From Antedon mediterranea (Eukaryota; Animalia; Echinodermata), in the NCBI RefSeq assembly GCF_964355755.1, contig NC_092671.1:21717317-21781316 (forward strand): a stretch of 64,000 nucleotides of DNA, given 5' to 3'. Positions 49,130 to 64,000 of this stretch are shown piece after piece. Every line of letters starts with the position of its first letter. Within the stretch, counting starts at the first letter, position 1. The translations under genes and the position numbers were made by a program. A model generated the notes under the pieces. The model did not search any database and was not told where the DNA came from. It saw nothing but the letters and a program-made list of their open reading frames with translations.

Positions 49130-52100
49130 TGTTAACATAAAAACACCAAAGTGCTTAGAATAGCTTCAAATCGCATTTGAAGACGTTTTAGACCATTTTG
49201 TAATTTTCGAAAAAACTTGTTAACATAAAAACACCAAAATGTTTAGAATAGCTTCAAATCGCATTTGGAGACGTTTTAGACCATTTTGTGATTTTCGAAA
49301 AAACTTGTTAACACAAAAACACCAAAGTGATTAGAATAGCTTCAAATCGCATTTGGAGACGTTTTAGACCATTTTGTGATTTTCGAAAAAACTTGTTAAC
49401 ATAAAAACACCAAAGTGATTAGAATAGCTTCAAATCGCATTTGGAGACGTTTTAGACCATTTTGTGCATTTCGATGAAACTTGGTTACGCAAAAACATCA
49501 AAGTAATAATCACATTATAAACAGTTTTAGACCATTTTGAGCATATCGATAAAACTTTTTACACAAAACACCAAAGTGCTTAGAATAGCTTCAAATCGCA
49601 TTTGGAGACGTTTTAGACCATTTTGTGATTTTCGACAAAACTTTTTCACACAAAACACCAAAGTGCTTAGAATACCTTCAAATCGCATTTGGAGACGTTT
49701 TAGACCATTTTGTGATTTTCGAAAAAACTTGTTAACATAAAAACATCAAAGTGTACAGATTAGCTTCAAATCGCATTTGGAGACGTTTTAGACCATTTTG
49801 TGATTTTCGAAAAAACTTGTTAACATAAAAACACCAAAGTGCTTAGAATAGCTTCAAATCGCATTAGGAGACGTTTTAGACCATTTTGTTATTTTCGAAA
49901 AAACTTGTTAACATAAAAACACCAAAATGTTTAGAATAGCTTCAAATCGCATTTGGAGACGTTTTAGACCATTTTGTGATTTTCGAAAAAACTTGTTAAC
50001 ATAAAAACACCAAAGTGCTTAGAATACCTTCAAATCGCATTTGGAGACGTTTTAGACCATTTTGTGATTTTCCAAAAAACTTGTTAACATAAAAACATCA
50101 AAGTGTACAGAATAGCTTCAAATCGCATTTGGAGACGTTTTAGACCATTTTGTGATTTTCGAAAAAACTTGTTAACATAAAAACACCAAAGTGCTTAGAA
50201 TAGCTTCAAATCGCATTAGGAGACGTTTTAGACCATTTTGTGATTTTCGAAAAAACTTGTTAACATAAAAACACCAAAGTGCTTAGAATAGCTTCAAATC
50301 GCATTTGGAGACGTTTTAGACCATTTTGTGATTTTCGAAAAAACTTGTTAACATAAAAACACCAAAATGTTTAGAATAGCTTCAAATCACATTTGGAGAC
50401 GTTTTAGACCATTTTGTGATTTTCGAAAAAACTTGTTAACACAAAAACACCAAAGTGATTAGAATAGCTTCAAATCGCATTTGGAGACGTTTTAGACCAA
50501 TTTGTGCATTTCGATGAAACTTGGTTACGCAAAAACATCAAAGTGCTTAAAATCACATTATAAACCGTTTTAGACCATTTTGAGCATATCGATAACACTT
50601 TTCACACAAAAACATCAAAGAGCACAATATAGCTTAATATCTTATTTAAAAACGTTATAGACCATTTTGAGCATTTCGACAAAACTTTTTCACACAAAAC
50701 ACCAAAGTGCTTAGAATAGCTTCAAATCGCATTTGGAGACGTTTTAGACCATTTTGTGATTTTCGAAAAAACTTTTTCACACAAAACACCAAAGTGCTTA
50801 GAATACCTTCAAATCGCATTTGGAGACGTTTTAGACCATTTTGTGATTTTCGAAAAAACTTGGTTACACAAAAACATCAAAGTGGTTAAAATCACATTAT
50901 AAACCGTTTTAGACCATTTTGAGCATTTCGATAACACTTTTCACACAAAAACATCAAAGTGCTTAGAATAGCTTCAAATCGCATTTGGAGACGTTTTAGA
51001 CCATTTTGTGATTTTCGAAAAAAACTTTTTAACATAAAAACACCAAACTGCTAAGAATAGCTTCAAATCGCATATGGAGACAATTTAGACCATTTTGTGA
51101 TTTTCGAAAAAACTTGTTAACATAAAAACACCAAAGTGCTTAGAATACCTTCAAATCGCATTTGGAGACATTTTAGACCATTTTGTGATTTTCGAAAAAA
51201 CTTGTTAACATAAAAACACCAAAGTGCTTAGAATAGCTTCAAATCGCATTTGAAGACGTTTTAGACCATTTTGTAATTTTCGAAAAAACTTGTTAACATA
51301 AAAACACCAAAATGTTTAGAATAGCTTCAAATCGCATTTGGAGACGTTTTAGACCATTTTGTGATTTTCGAAAAAACTTGTTAACACAAAAACACCAAAG
51401 TGATTAGAATAGCTTCAAATCGCATTTGGAGACGTTTTAGACCATTTTGTGATTTTCGAAAAAACTTGTTAACATAAAAACACCAAAGTGATTAGAATAG
51501 CTTCAAATCGCATTTGGAGACGTTTTAGACCATTTTGTGCATTTCGATGAAACTTGGTTACGCAAAAACATCAAAGTAATAATCACATTATAAACAGTTT
51601 TAGACCATTTTGAGCATATCGATAAAACTTTTTACACAAAACACCAAAGTGCTTAGAATAGCTTCAAATCGCATTTGGAGACGTTTTAGACCATTTTGTG
51701 ATTTTCGACAAAACTTTTTCACACAAAACACCAAAGTGCTTAGAATACCTTCAAATCGCATTTGGAGACGTTTTAGACCATTTTGTGATTTTCGAAAAAA
51801 CTTGTTAACATAAAAACATCAAAGTGTACAGATTAGCTTCAAATCGCATTTGGAGACGTTTTAGACCATTTTGTGATTTTCGAAAAAACTTGTTAACATA
51901 AAAACACCAAAGTGCTTAGAATAGCTTCAAATCGCATTAGGAGACGTTTTAGACCATTTTGTTATTTTCGAAAAAACTTGTTAACATAAAAACACCAAAA
52001 TGTTTAGAATAGCTTCAAATCGCATTTGGAGACGTTTTAGACCATTTTGTGATTTTCGAAAAAACTTGTTAACATAAAAACACCAAAGTGCTTAGAATAC

Positions 52101-55000
52101 CTTCAAATCGCATTTGGAGACGTTTTAGACCATTTTGTGATTTTCCAAAAAACTTGTTAACATAAAAACATCAAAGTGTACAGAATAGCTTCAAATCGCA
52201 TTTGGAGACGTTTTAGACCATTTTGTGATTTTCGAAAAAACTTGTTAACATAAAAACACCAAAGTGCTTAGAATAGCTTCAAATCGCATTAGGAGACGTT
52301 TTAGACCATTTTGTGATTTTCGAAAAAACTTGTTAACATAAAAACACCAAAGTGCTTAGAATAGCTTCAAATCGCATTTGGAGACGTTTTAGACCATTTT
52401 GTGATTTTCGAAAAAACTTGTTAACATAAAAACACCAAAATGTTTAGAATAGCTTCAAATCACATTTGGAGACGTTTTAGACCATTTTGTGATTTTCGAA
52501 AAAACTTGTTAACACAAAAACACCAAAGTGATTAGAATAGCTTCAAATCGCATTTGGAGACGTTTTAGACCAATTTGTGCATTTCGATGAAACTTGGTTA
52601 CGCAAAAACATCAAAGTGCTTAAAATCACATTATAAACCGTTTTAGACCATTTTGAGCATATCGATAACACTTTTCACACAAAAACATCAAAGAGCACAA
52701 TATAGCTTAATATCTTATTTAAAAACGTTATAGACCATTTTGAGCATTTCGACAAAACTTTTTCACACAAAACACCAAAGTGCTTAGAATAGCTTCAAAT
52801 CGCATTTGGAGACGTTTTAGACCATTTTGTGATTTTCGAAAAAACTTTTTCACACAAAACACCAAAGTGCTTAGAATACCTTCAAATCGCATTTGGAGAC
52901 GTTTTAGACCATTTTGTGATTTTCGAAAAAACTTGGTTACACAAAAACATCAAAGTGGTTAAAATCACATTATAAACCGTTTTAGACCATTTTGAGCATT
53001 TCGATAACACTTTTCACACAAAAACATCAAAGTGCTTAGAATAGCTTCAAATCGCATTTGGAGACGTTTTAGACCATTTTGTGATTTTCGAAAAAAACTT
53101 TTTAACATAAAAACACCAAACTGCTAAGAATAGCTTCAAATCGCATATGGAGACAATTTAGACCATTTTGTGATTTTCGAAAAAACTTGTTAACATAAAA
53201 ACACCAAAGTGCTTAGAATACCTTCAAATCGCATTTGGAGACATTTTAGACCATTTTGTGATTTTCGAAAAAACTTGTTAACATAAAAACACCAAAGTGC
53301 TTAGAATAGCTTCAAATCGCATTTGAAGACGTTTTAGACCATTTTGTAATTTTCGAAAAAACTTGTTAACATAAAAACACCAAAATGTTTAGAATAGCTT
53401 CAAATCGCATTTGGAGACGTTTTAGACCATTTTGTGATTTTCGAAAAAACTTGTTAACACAAAAACACCAAAGTGATTAGAATAGCTTCAAATCGCATTT
53501 GGAGACGTTTTAGACCATTTTGTGATTTTCGAAAAAACTTGTTAACATAAAAACACCAAAGTGATTAGAATAGCTTCAAATCGCATTTGGAGACGTTTTA
53601 GACCATTTTGTGCATTTCGATGAAACTTGGTTACGCAAAAACATCAAAGTAATAATCACATTATAAACAGTTTTAGACCATTTTGAGCATATCGATAAAA
53701 CTTTTTACACAAAACACCAAAGTGCTTAGAATAGCTTCAAATCGCATTTGGAGACGTTTTAGACCATTTTGTGATTTTCGACAAAACTTTTTCACACAAA
53801 ACACCAAAGTGCTTAGAATACCTTCAAATCGCATTTGGAGACGTTTTAGACCATTTTGTGATTTTCGAAAAAACTTGTTAACATAAAAACATCAAAGTGT
53901 ACAGATTAGCTTCAAATCGCATTTGGAGACGTTTTAGACCATTTTGTGATTTTCGAAAAAACTTGTTAACATAAAAACACCAAAGTGCTTAGAATAGCTT
54001 CAAATCGCATTAGGAGACGTTTTAGACCATTTTGTTATTTTCGAAAAAACTTGTTAACATAAAAACACCAAAATGTTTAGAATAGCTTCAAATCGCATTT
54101 GGAGACGTTTTAGACCATTTTGTGATTTTCGAAAAAACTTGTTAACATAAAAACACCAAAGTGCTTAGAATACCTTCAAATCGCATTTGGAGACGTTTTA
54201 GACCATTTTGTGATTTTCCAAAAAACTTGTTAACATAAAAACATCAAAGTGTACAGAATAGCTTCAAATCGCATTTGGAGACGTTTTAGACCATTTTGTG
54301 ATTTTCGAAAAAACTTGTTAACATAAAAACACCAAAGTGCTTAGAATAGCTTCAAATCGCATTAGGAGACGTTTTAGACCATTTTGTGATTTTCGAAAAA
54401 ACTTGTTAACATAAAAACACCAAAGTGCTTAGAATAGCTTCAAATCGCATTTGGAGACGTTTTAGACCATTTTGTGATTTTCGAAAAAACTTGTTAACAT
54501 AAAAACACCAAAATGTTTAGAATAGCTTCAAATCACATTTGGAGACGTTTTAGACCATTTTGTGATTTTCGAAAAAACTTGTTAACACAAAAACACCAAA
54601 GTGATTAGAATAGCTTCAAATCGCATTTGGAGACGTTTTAGACCAATTTGTGCATTTCGATGAAACTTGGTTACGCAAAAACATCAAAGTGCTTAAAATC
54701 ACATTATAAACCGTTTTAGACCATTTTGAGCATATCGATAACACTTTTCACACAAAAACATCAAAGAGCACAATATAGCTTAATATCTTATTTAAAAACG
54801 TTTTAGACCATTTTGAGCATTTCGACAAAACTTTTTCACACAAAACACCAAAGTGCTTAGAATAGCTTCAAATCGCATTTGGAGACGTTTTAGACCATTT
54901 TGTGATTTTCGAAAAAACTTTTTCACACAAAACACCAAAGTGCTTAGAATACCTTCAAATCGCATTTGGAGACGTTTTAGACCATTTTGTGATTTTCGAA
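49130..55000 (+). repeat. Higher-order tandem repeat, 2073-bp period, ~2.8 copies (boundaries approximate)
   Basis: Marker ORFs at 49537/51610/53683 and 50707/52780; tgaagacg variant at ~49178/51251/53324. Confidence 0.88.
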
Positions 55001-57464
55001 AAAACTTGTTAACATAAAAACATCAAAGTGTACAGAATAGCTTCAAATCGCATTTGGAGACGTTTTAGACCATTTTGTGATTTTCGAAAAAACTTGTTAA
55101 CATAAAAACACCAAAGTGCTTAGAATAGCTTCAAATCGCATTAGGAGACGTTTTAGACCATTTTGTGATTTTCGAAAAAACTTGTTAACACAAAAACACC
55201 AAAGTGCTTAGAATAGCTTCAAATCGCATTTGGAGACGTTTTAGACCATTTTGTGATTTTCGAAAAAACTTGTTAACATTAAAACACCAAAATGTTTAGA
55301 ATAGCTTCAAATCGCATTTGGAGACGTTTTAGACCATTTTGTGATTTTCGAAAAAACTTGTTAACACAAAAACACCAAAGTGATTAGAATAGCTTCAAAT
55401 CGCATTTGGAGACGTTTTAGACCATTTTGTGCATTTCGATGAAACTTGGTTACGGAAAAACATCAAAGTGCTTAAAATCACATTATAAACCGTTTTAGAC
55501 CATTTTGAGCATATCGATAACACTTTTTACACAAAAACATCAAAGAGCACAATATAGCTTAATATCGTATTTAAAAACGTTTTAGACCATTTTGAGCATT
55601 TCGACAAAACTTTTTCACACAAAACACCAAAGTGCTTAGAATAGCTTCAAATCGCATTTGGAGACGTTTTAGACCATTTTGTGATTTTCGAAAAAACTTG
55701 TTAACATAAAAACATCAAAGGGCTAAGAATAGCTTCAAATCGCATTTGGAGACATTTTAGACCAATTAGTGATTTTCGAAAAAACTTGGTTACACAAAAA
55801 CATCAAAGTGGTTAAAATCACATTATAAACCGTTTTAGACCATTTTGAGCATTTCGATAACACTTTTTACACAAAAACATCAAAGTGCTTAGAATAGCTT
55901 CAAATCGCATTTGGAGACGTTTTAGACCATTTTGTGATTTTCGAAAAAAACTTTTTAACATAAAAACACCAAACTGCTAAGAATAGCTTCAAATCGCATA
56001 TGGAGACAATTTAGACCATTTTGTGATTTTCGAAAAAACTTGTTAACATAAAAACACCAAAGTGCTTAGAATACCTTCAAATCGCATTTGGAGACGTTTT
56101 AGACCATTTTGTGATTTTCCAAAAAACTTGTTAACATAAAAACATCAAAGTGTACAGAATAGCTTCAAATCGCATTTGGAGACGTTTTAGACCATTTTGT
56201 GATTTTCGAAAAAACTTGTTAACATAAAAACACCAAAGTGCTTAGAATAGCTTCAAATCGCATTAGGAGACGTTTTAGACCATTTTGTGATTTTCGAAAA
56301 AACTTGTTAACATAAAAACACCAAAGTGCTTAGAATAGCTTCAAATCGCATTTGGAGACGTTTTAGACCATTTTGTGATTTTCGAAAAAACTTGTTAACA
56401 TAAAAACACCAAAATGTTTAGAATAGCTTCAAATCACATTTGGAGACGTTTTAGACCATTTTGTGATTTTCGAAAAAACTTGTTAACACAAAAACACCAA
56501 AGTGATTAGAATAGCTTCAAATCGCATTTGGAGACGTTTTAGACCAATTTGTGCATTTCGATGAAACTTGGTTACGCAAAAACATCAAAGTGCTTAAAAT
56601 CACATTATAAACCGTTTTAGACCATTTTGAGCATATCGATAACACTTTTCACACAAAAACATCAAAGAGCACAATATAGCTTAATATCTTATTTAAAAAC
56701 GTTTTAGACCATTTTGAGCATTTCGACAAAACTTTTTCACACAAAACACCAAAGTGCTTAGAATAGCTTCAAATCGCATTTGGAGACGTTTTAGACCATT
56801 TTGTGATTTTCGAAAAAACTTGTTAACATAAAAACATCAAAGTGCTAAGAATAGCTTCAAATCGCATTTGGAGACATTTTAGACCAATTAGTGATTTTCG
56901 AAAAAACTTGGTTACACAAAAACATCAAAGTGGTTAAAATCACATTATAAACCGTTTTAGACCATTTTGAGCATTTCGATAACACTTTTCACACAAAAAC
57001 ATCAAAGTGCTTAGAATAGCTTCAAATCGCATTTGGAGACGTTTTAGACCATTTTGTGATTTTCGAAAAAAACTTTTTAACATAAAAACACCAAACTGCT
57101 AAGAATAGCTTCAAATCGCATATGGAGACAATTTAGACCATTTTGTGATTTTCGAAAAAACTTGTTAACATAAAAACACCAAAGTGCTTAGAATACCTTC
57201 AAATCGCATTTGGAGACATTTTAGACCATTTTGTGATTTTCGAAAAAACTTGTTAACATAAAAACATCAAAGTGCTAAGAATAGCTTCCAATCGCATTTG
57301 GAGACGTTTTAGACCATTTTGTGATTTTCGAAAACAACTTGTTAACATAAAAACACCAAAGTGCTTAGAATACCTTCAAATCGCATTTGGAGACATTTTA
57401 GACCATTTTGTGATTTTCGAAAAAACTTGTTAACATAAAAACATCAAAGTGCTAAGAATAGCTT

Positions 57465-60040
57465 CCAATCGCATTTGGAGACGTTTTAGACCATTTTGTG
57501 ATTTTCGAAAACAACTTGTTAACATAAAAACACCAAAGTGCTTAGAATAGCTTCAAATCGCATTTGGAGACGTTTTAGACCAATTTGTGATTTTCGAAAA
57601 AACTTGGTTACACAAAAACATCAAAGTGGATAAAATCACATTATAAACCGTTTTAGACCATTTTGAGCATTTCGATAACACATTTCACACAAAAACATCA
57701 AAGAGCACAAAATAGCTTAATATCGTATTTAAAAACGTTTTAAACCATTTTGAGCATTTCGACAAAACTTTTTCACACAAAACACCAAAGTGTACAGAAT
57801 AGCTTCAAATCGCATTTGGAGACGTTTTAGACCATTTTGTGATTTTCGAAAAAACTTGTTAATATAAAAACACCAAAGTACTTAGAATAGCTTCAAATCG
57901 CATTTGGAGACGTTGTAGACCATTTTGTGATTTTCGAAAAAACTTGTTAACATAAAAACACCAAAGTTTACAGAATAGCTTCAAATCGCATTTGGAGACG
58001 TTTTAGACAATTTTGTGCATTTCGATGAAACTTGGTTACACAAAAACATCAAAGTGCTTAAAATCACATTATAAACCGTTTTAGACCATTTGAGCATTTC
58101 CATAACACTTTTCACACAAAAACATCAAAGGGCACAATATAGCTTAATATCCTATTTAAAAACGTTTTAGACCATTTTGAGCATTTCGACAAAACTTTTT
58201 CACACAAAACACCAAAGTGCTTAGAATACCTTCAAATCGCATTTGGAGACGTTTTAGACCATTTTGTGATTTTCGAAAAAACTTGTTAACATAAAAACAC
58301 CAAAGTGCTAAGAATAGCTTCAAATCGCATTTGGAGACATTTTAGACCAATTTGTGATTTTCGAAAAAACTTGGTTACACAAAAACATCAAAGTGCTTAA
58401 AATCACATTATAAAACCGTTTTAGACCATTTTGAGCATTTCGATAACACTTTTCACACAAAAACATCAAAGAGCATAAAATAGGTTAATATCGTATTTAA
58501 AAACGTTTTAGACCATTTTGAGCATTTCGACAAAACTTTTTCACACAAAACACCAAAGTGTACAGAATAGCTTAATATCGTATTTAAAAACGTTTTAGAC
58601 CATTTTGTGATTTTCGAAAAAACTTGTTAACATAAAAACACCAAAATGTTTAGAATAGCTTCAAATTGCATTAGGAGACGTTTTAGACCATTTTGTGATT
58701 TTCGAAAAAACTTGTTAACACAAAAACACCAAAGTGATTAGAATAGCTTCAAATCGCATTTGGAGACGTTTTAGACCATTTTGTGATTTTCGAAAACAAC
58801 TTGTTAACATAAAAACACCAAAGTGCTTAGAATAGCTTCAAATCGCATTTGGAGACGTTTTAGACCAATTTGTGATTTTCGAAAAAACTTGGTTACACAA
58901 AAACATCAAAGTGGATAAAATCACATTATAAACCGTTTTAGACCATTTTGAGCATTTCGATAACACATTTCACACAAAAACATCAAAGAGCACAAAATAG
59001 CTTAATATCGTATTTAAAAACGTTTTAAACCATTTTGAGCATTTCGACAAAACTTTTTCACACAAAACACCAAAGTGTACAGAATAGCTTCAAATCGCAT
59101 TTGGAGACGTTTTAGACCATTTTGTGATTTTCGAAAAAACTTGTTAATATAAAAACACCAAAGTACTTAGAATAGCTTCAAATCGCATTTGGAGACGTTG
59201 TAGACCATTTTGTGATTTTCGAAAAAACTTGTTAACATAAAAACACCAAAGTTTACAGAATAGCTTCAAATCGCATTTGGAGACGTTTTAGACAATTTTG
59301 TGCATTTCGATGAAACTTGGTTACACAAAAACATCAAAGTGCTTAAAATCACATTATAAACCGTTTTAGACCATTTGAGCATTTCCATAACACTTTTCAC
59401 ACAAAAACATCAAAGGGCACAATATAGCTTAATATCCTATTTAAAAACGTTTTAGACCATTTTGAGCATTTCGACAAAACTTTTTCACACAAAACACCAA
59501 AGTGCTTAGAATACCTTCAAATCGCATTTGGAGACGTTTTAGACCATTTTGTGATTTTCGAAAAAACTTGTTAACATAAAAACACCAAAGTGCTAAGAAT
59601 AGCTTCAAATCGCATTTGGAGACATTTTAGACCAATTTGTGATTTTCGAAAAAACTTGGTTACACAAAAACATCAAAGTGCTTAAAATCACATTATAAAA
59701 CCGTTTTAGACCATTTTGAGCATTTCGATAACACTTTTCACACAAAAACATCAAAGAGCATAAAATAGGTTAATATCGTATTTAAAAACGTTTTAGACCA
59801 TTTTGAGCATTTCGACAAAACTTTTTCACACAAAACACCAAAGTGTACAGAATAGCTTAATATCGTATTTAAAAACGTTTTAGACCATTTTGTGATTTTC
59901 GAAAAAACTTGTTAACATAAAAACACCAAAATGTTTAGAATAGCTTCAAATTGCATTTGGAGACGTTTTAGACCATTTTGTGATTTTCGAAAAAACTTGT
60001 TAACACAAAAACACCAAAGTGATTAGAATAGCTTCAAATC
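57465..60040 (+). repeat. Higher-order tandem duplication, ~1286-bp period (boundaries approximate)
   Basis: gttgtagac at ~57912/59198, plus attataaaaccg and gagcataaaataggtt recurring at the same offset. A further dispersed copy lies at ~62600-63900. Confidence 0.82.
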
Positions 60041-63000
60041 GCATTTGGAGACGTTTTAGACCATTTTGTGATTTTCGAAAAAACTTGTTAACATAAAAAC
60101 ACCAAAGTGATTAGAATAGCTTCAAATCGCATTTGGAGACGTTTTAGACCAATTTGTGCATTTCGATGAAACTTGGTTACGCAAAAACATCAAAGTGCTT
60201 AAAATCACATTATAAACCGTTTTAGACCATTTTGAGCATATCGATAACACTTTTCACACAAAAACATCAAAGAGCACAATATAGCTTAATATCTTATTTA
60301 AAAACGTTTTAGACCATTTTGAGCATTTCGACAAAACTTTTTCACACAAAACACCAAAGTGCTTAGAATAGCTTCAAATCGCATTTGGAGACGTTTTAGA
60401 CCATTTTGTGATTTTCGAAAAAACTTGTTAACATAAAAACATCAAAGTGCTAAGAATAGCTTCAAATCGCATTTGGAGACATTTTAGACCAATTAGTGTT
60501 TTTCGAAAAAACTTGGTTACACAAAAACATCAAAGTGGTTAAAATCACATTATAAACCGTTTTAGACCATTTTGAGCATTTCGATAACACTTTTCACACA
60601 AAAACATCAAAGTGCTTAGAATAGCTTCAAATCGCATTTGGAGACGTTTTAGACCATTTTGTGATTTTCGAAAAAAACTTTTTAACATAAAAACACCAAA
60701 CTGCTAAGAATAGCTTCAAATCGCATATGGAGACAATTTAGACCATTTTGTGATTTTCGAAAAAACTTGTTAACATAAAAACACCAAAGTGCTTAGAATA
60801 CCTTCAAATCGCATTTGGAGACATTTTAGACCATTTTGTGATTTTCGAAAAAACTTGTTAACATAAAAACATCAAAGTGCTAAGAATAGCTTCCAATCGC
60901 ATTTGGAGACGTTTTAGACCATTTTGTGATTTTCGAAAACAACTTGTTAACATAAAAACACCAAAGTGCTTAGAATAGCTTCAAATCGCATTTGGAGACG
61001 TTTTAGACCAATTTGTGATTTTCGAAAAAACTTGGTTACACAAAAACATCAAAGTGGATAAAATCACATTATAAACCGTTTTAGACCATTTTGAGCATAT
61101 CGATAACACTTTTCACACAAAAACATCAAAGACCACAATATAGCTTAATATCGTATTTAAAAACGTTTTAGACCATTTTGAGCATTTCGACAAAACTTTT
61201 TCACACAAAACACCAAAGTTCTTAGAATAGCTTCAAATCGCATTTGGAGACGTTTTAGACCATTTTGTGATTTTCGAAAAAACTTGTTAACATAAAAACA
61301 TCAAAGTGCTAAGAATAGCTTCAAATCGAATTTGGAGACATTTTAGACCAATTAGTGATTTTCGAAAAAACTTGGTTACACAAAAACATCAAAGTGGTTA
61401 AAATCACATTATAAACCGTTTTAGACTATTTTGAGCATTTCGATAACACTTTTCACACAAAAACATCAAAGTGCTTAGAATAGCTTCAAATCGCATTTGG
61501 AGACGTTTTAGACCATTTTGTGATTTTCGAAAAAAACTTTTTAACATAAAAACACCAAACTGCTAAGAATAGCTTCAAATCGCATATGGAGACAATTTAG
61601 ACCATTTTGTGATTTTCGAAAAAACTTGTTAACATAAAAACACCAAAGTGCTTAGAATACCTTCAAATCGCATTTGGAGACATTTTAGACCATTTTGTGA
61701 TTTTCGAAAAAACTTGTTAACATAAAAACATCAAAGTGCTAAGAATAGCTTCCAATCGCATTTGGAGACGTTTTAGACCATTTTGTGATTTTCGAAAACA
61801 ACTTGTTAACATAAAAACACCAAAGTGCTTAGAATAGCTTCAAATCGCATTTGGAGACGTTTTAGACCAATTTGTGATTTTCGAAAAAACTTGGTTACAC
61901 AAAAACATCAAAGTGGATAAAATCACATTATAAACCGTTTTAGACCATTTTGAGCATATCGATAACACTTTTCACACAAAAACATCAAAGACCACAATAT
62001 AGCTTAATATCGTATTTAAAAACGTTTTAGACCATTTTGAGCATTTCGACAAAACTTTTTCACACAAAACACCAAGGTGTACAGAATAGCTTCAAATCGC
62101 ATTTGGAGACGTTTTAGACCATTTTGTGATTTTCGAAAAAACTTGTTAATATAAAAACACCAAAGTACTTAGAATAGCTTCAAATCGCATTTGGAGACGT
62201 TGTAGACCATTTTGTGATTTTCGAAAAAACTTGGTTACACAAAAACATCAAAGTGGTTAAAATCACATTATAAACCGTTTTAGACCATTTTGAGCATTTC
62301 GATAACACTTTTCACACAAAAACATCAAAGTGCTTAGAATAGCTTCAAATCGCATTTGGAGACGTTTTAGACCATTTTGTGATTTTCGAAAAAAACTTTT
62401 TAACATAAAAACACCAAACTGCTAAGAATAGCTTCAAATCGCATATGGAGACAATTTAGACCATTTTGTGATTTTCGAAAAAACTTGTTAACATAAAAAC
62501 ACCAAAGTGCTTAGAATACCTTCAAATCGCATTTGGAGACATTTTAGACCATTTTGTGATTTTCGAAAAAACTTGTTAACATAAAAACATCAAAGTGCTA
62601 AGAATAGCTTCCAATCGCATTTGGAGACGTTTTAGACCATTTTGTGATTTTCGAAAACAACTTGTTAACATAAAAACACCAAAGTGCTTAGAATAGCTTC
62701 AAATCGCATTTGGAGACGTTTTAGACCAATTTGTGATTTTCGAAAAAACTTGGTTACACAAAAACATCAAAGTGGATAAAATCACATTATAAACCGTTTT
62801 AGACCATTTTGAGCATTTCGATAACACATTTCACACAAAAACATCAAAGAGCACAAAATAGCTTAATATCGTATTTAAAAACGTTTTAAACCATTTTGAG
62901 CATTTCGACAAAACTTTTTCACACAAAACACCAAAGTGTACAGAATAGCTTCAAATCGCATTTGGAGACGTTTTAGACCATTTTGTGATTTTCGAAAAAA

Positions 63001-64000
63001 CTTGTTAATATAAAAACACCAAAGTACTTAGAATAGCTTCAAATCGCATTTGGAGACGTTGTAGACCATTTTGTGATTTTCGAAAAAACTTGTTAACATA
63101 AAAACACCAAAGTTTACAGAATAGCTTCAAATCGCATTTGGAGACGTTTTAGACAATTTTGTGCATTTCGATGAAACTTGGTTACACAAAAACATCAAAG
63201 TGCTTAAAATCACATTATAAACCGTTTTAGACCATTTGAGCATTTCCATAACACTTTTCACACAAAAACATCAAAGGGCACAATATAGCTTAATATCCTA
63301 TTTAAAAACGTTTTAGACCATTTTGAGCATTTCGACAAAACTTTTTCACACAAAACACCAAAGTGCTTAGAATACCTTCAAATCGCATTTGGAGACGTTT
63401 TAGACCATTTTGTGATTTTCGAAAAAACTTGTTAACATAAAAACACCAAAGTGCTAAGAATAGCTTCAAATCGCATTTGGAGACATTTTAGACCAATTTG
63501 TGATTTTCGAAAAAACTTGGTTACACAAAAACATCAAAATGCTTAAAATCACATTATAAAACCGTTTTAGACCATTTTGAGCATTTCGATAACACTTTTC
63601 ACACAAAAACATCAAAGAGCATAAAATAGGTTAATATCGTATTTAAAAACGTTTTAGACCATTTTGAGCATTTCGACAAAACTTTTTCACACAAAACACC
63701 AAAGTGTACAGAATAGCTTAATATCGTATTTAAAAACGTTTTAGACCATTTTGTGATTTTCGAAAAAACTTGTTAACATAAAAACACCAAAATGTTTAGA
63801 ATAGCTTCAAATTGCATTTGGAGACGTTTTAGACCATTTTGTGATTTTCGAAAAAACTTGTTAACACAAAAACACCAAAGTGATTAGAATAGCTTCAAAT
63901 CGCATTTGGAGACGTTTTAGACCATTTTGTGATTTTCGAAAAAACTTGTTAACACAAAAACACCAAAGTGATTAGAATAGCTTCAAATCGCATTTGGAGA

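Larger units (their letters stand above)
38699..64000 (+). repeat. Satellite array, forward orientation, uninterrupted to the window end
   Basis: Forward monomer resumes at tttagaccattttgtg. No non-satellite sequence seen. Confidence 0.98.

Noticed and set aside
2585-53886. Recurrent 60-67-aa ORFs (MSISI..LRIASNRIWRRFRPFCDFR)
   Set aside because: These translate satellite monomers. They start at TTG/GTG and stay open only where 87-bp (3n) variants adjoin. Useful as markers, but not genes.
1-64000. CRISPR-like regular repeats
   Set aside because: No unique spacers and no cas genes; the whole unit repeats head to tail.

Overview
Eukaryotic, probably invertebrate (possibly echinoderm-like), AT-rich satellite DNA. 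About 90% of the window is a tandem array of an ~88-bp monomer with recurring 78-bp and 87-bp variants in kb-scale higher-order blocks. I see no credible protein-coding gene; the ORF-track hits are satellite or transposon read-throughs. The array switches strand twice (~18781 and ~38700). Most of the inverted 20-kb block is a mirror image of 38701-54990 and differs from it by four discrete indels. Three kinds of mobile element interrupt the array: (1) a 3064-bp foldback-type non-autonomous DNA transposon (TAC...GTA termini, 3-bp CTA target-site duplication (TSD), Academ-like) with ~1.1-kb inverted arms holding nested relics; (2) a 1643-bp non-autonomous Sola1-like element (AAAT TSD); (3) three apparently identical copies of a 353-bp tRNA-derived Deu/Nin-domain SINE from a single insertion. 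Empty sites for both DNA transposons lie within the window, so events can be ordered. All alignments were done by eye; superfamily calls rest on termini, TSDs and remembered consensus motifs, not on a database search.
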